Below the pieces are notes generated by a model. That model saw only the letters and a program-made list of their open reading frames with translations, made no database searches and was not told the DNA's origin. A program made the translations under genes and the position numbers. This document shows positions 63,047 to 64,000 of a stretch of DNA of 64,000 nt, piece after piece. This DNA comes from Escherichia coli (GTDB taxonomy: Bacteria > Pseudomonadota > Gammaproteobacteria > Enterobacterales > Enterobacteriaceae). Location: the NCBI RefSeq assembly GCF_041886205.1, contig NZ_CP169029.1, one strand, 5' to 3'. Numbering within the stretch: position 1 is the first letter of the stretch; each line of letters opens with the position of its first letter.

Positions 63047-64000
63047 GTTACTGCAACAGTTGTGCGAAGCCAGCGCCGTCAGCGGCGATGAACAGGAAGT
63101 TCGCGACATTCTGATAAACACGCTGGAACCTTGCGTTAATGAGATCACCTTTGATGGTCTGGGCAGCTTTGTTGCCCGTAAGGGGAATAAAGGTCCAAAA
63201 GTTGCCGTTGTCGGGCATATGGATGAAGTCGGCTTTATGGTCACCCACATCGACGAGAGCGGTTTTCTGCGTTTCACCACCATTGGTGGCTGGTGGAATC
63301 AGTCGATGCTCAACCACCGGGTAACCATACGCACACACAAGGGATTTAAAATCCCTGGTGTGATTGGTTCCGTCGCGCCTCATGCGTTAACGGAAAAGCA
63401 AAAGCAACAACCGCTGTCATTTGATGAGATGTTCATTGATATTGGCGCGAACAGTCGCGAAGAGGTGGAAAAGCGCGGCGTGGAAATTGGTAATTTTATT
63501 AGCCCGGAAGCCAATTTTGCCTGCTGGGGCGAAGATAAAGTGGTCGGCAAGGCGTTGGATAACCGCATCGGCTGCGCAATGATGGCTGAACTATTGCAGA
63601 CGGTGAATAATCCCGAAATTACGCTGTATGGCGTTGGCAGTGTGGAAGAAGAAGTTGGGCTACGCGGGGCGCAAACCTCGGCGGAACACATTAAACCGGA
63701 CGTCGTGATCGTGTTGGATACCGCCGTAGCGGGCGATGTTCCGGGCATTGATAACATTAAATACCCGCTGAAACTGGGCCAGGGGCCGGGGCTGATGCTG
63801 TTTGACAAGCGCTACTTCCCCAACCAGAAACTGGTAGCAGCGTTAAAAAGCTGTGCCGCACATAACGATTTACCGCTGCAATTTTCCACCATGAAAACCG
63901 GTGCGACGGATGGCGGGCGCTACAACGTGATGGGCGGCGGGCGTCCGGTTGTCGCGCTGTGTCTGCCAACTCGTTATCTGCACGCCAACAGCGGTATGAT
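63036..64000 (+). CDS. frvX: M42-family aminopeptidase/endoglucanase-like protein FrvX, 5' part; runs off the window end
   Basis: ATG 63036 overlaps the frvB stop; translation MNIELLQQLCEASAVSGDEQEVRDIL... stays open to position 64000. Confidence 0.8.
   Translation, partial: MNIELLQQLCEASAVSGDEQEVRDILINTLEPCVNEITFDGLGSFVARKGNKGPKVAVVGHMDEVGFMVTHIDESGFLRFTTIGGWWNQSMLNHRVTIRTHKGFKIPGVIGSVAPHALTEKQKQQPLSFDEMFIDIGANSREEVEKRGVEIGNFISPEANFACWGEDKVVGKALDNRIGCAMMAELLQTVNNPEITLYGVGSVEEEVGLRGAQTSAEHIKPDVVIVLDTAVAGDVPGIDNIKYPLKLGQGPGLMLFDKRYFPNQKLVAALKSCAAHNDLPLQFSTMKTGATDGGRYNVMGGGRPVVALCLPTRYLHANSGM

Overview
This window reads as an Escherichia coli chromosomal segment, in reverse-complement orientation relative to the K-12 MG1655 map as I remember it (about 4.09-4.14 Mb). 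Gene content from start to end: pflD (5' part), frwB, frwC, ptsA, fsaB, gldA, yijF, yijE, katG, metF, [insert 1], metL, metB, metJ, yiiX, rpmE, priA, cytR, ftsN, hslV, hslU, menA, rraA, [insert 2], zapB, glpF, glpK, glpX, fpr, uspD, yiiS, yiiR, yiiQ, tpiA, cdh, sbp, pfkA, fieF, cpxP, cpxR, cpxA, yiiM, kdgT (frameshifted), sodA, rhaT, rhaR, rhaS, rhaB, rhaA, rhaD, rhaM, [disrupted porin-like gene], frvA, frvB, frvX (5' part). All gene calls come from reading the six-frame translations and recognising protein families from memory; no database search was run. Three segments do not match my recollection of K-12 and are the main candidates for accessory or undescribed biology: (1) about 5.7 kb between metF and metL carrying a PTS EIICB permease, a LacI-family regulator preceded by a tandem palindromic operator-like site, a secreted UshA-like metallophosphoesterase and a 376-aa zinc-ribbon protein of unknown function; (2) about 1.4 kb, AT-rich, between rraA and zapB encoding two tandem paralogous membrane-anchored proteins of unknown function; (3) a signal-peptide plus coiled-coil plus beta-barrel porin-like gene between rhaM and frvA that is split by a frameshift. 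kdgT is also split by a 1-bp frameshift. There are several REP/RIP/BIME repeat clusters and recognisable regulatory sites. No rRNA, tRNA or CRISPR array was seen.
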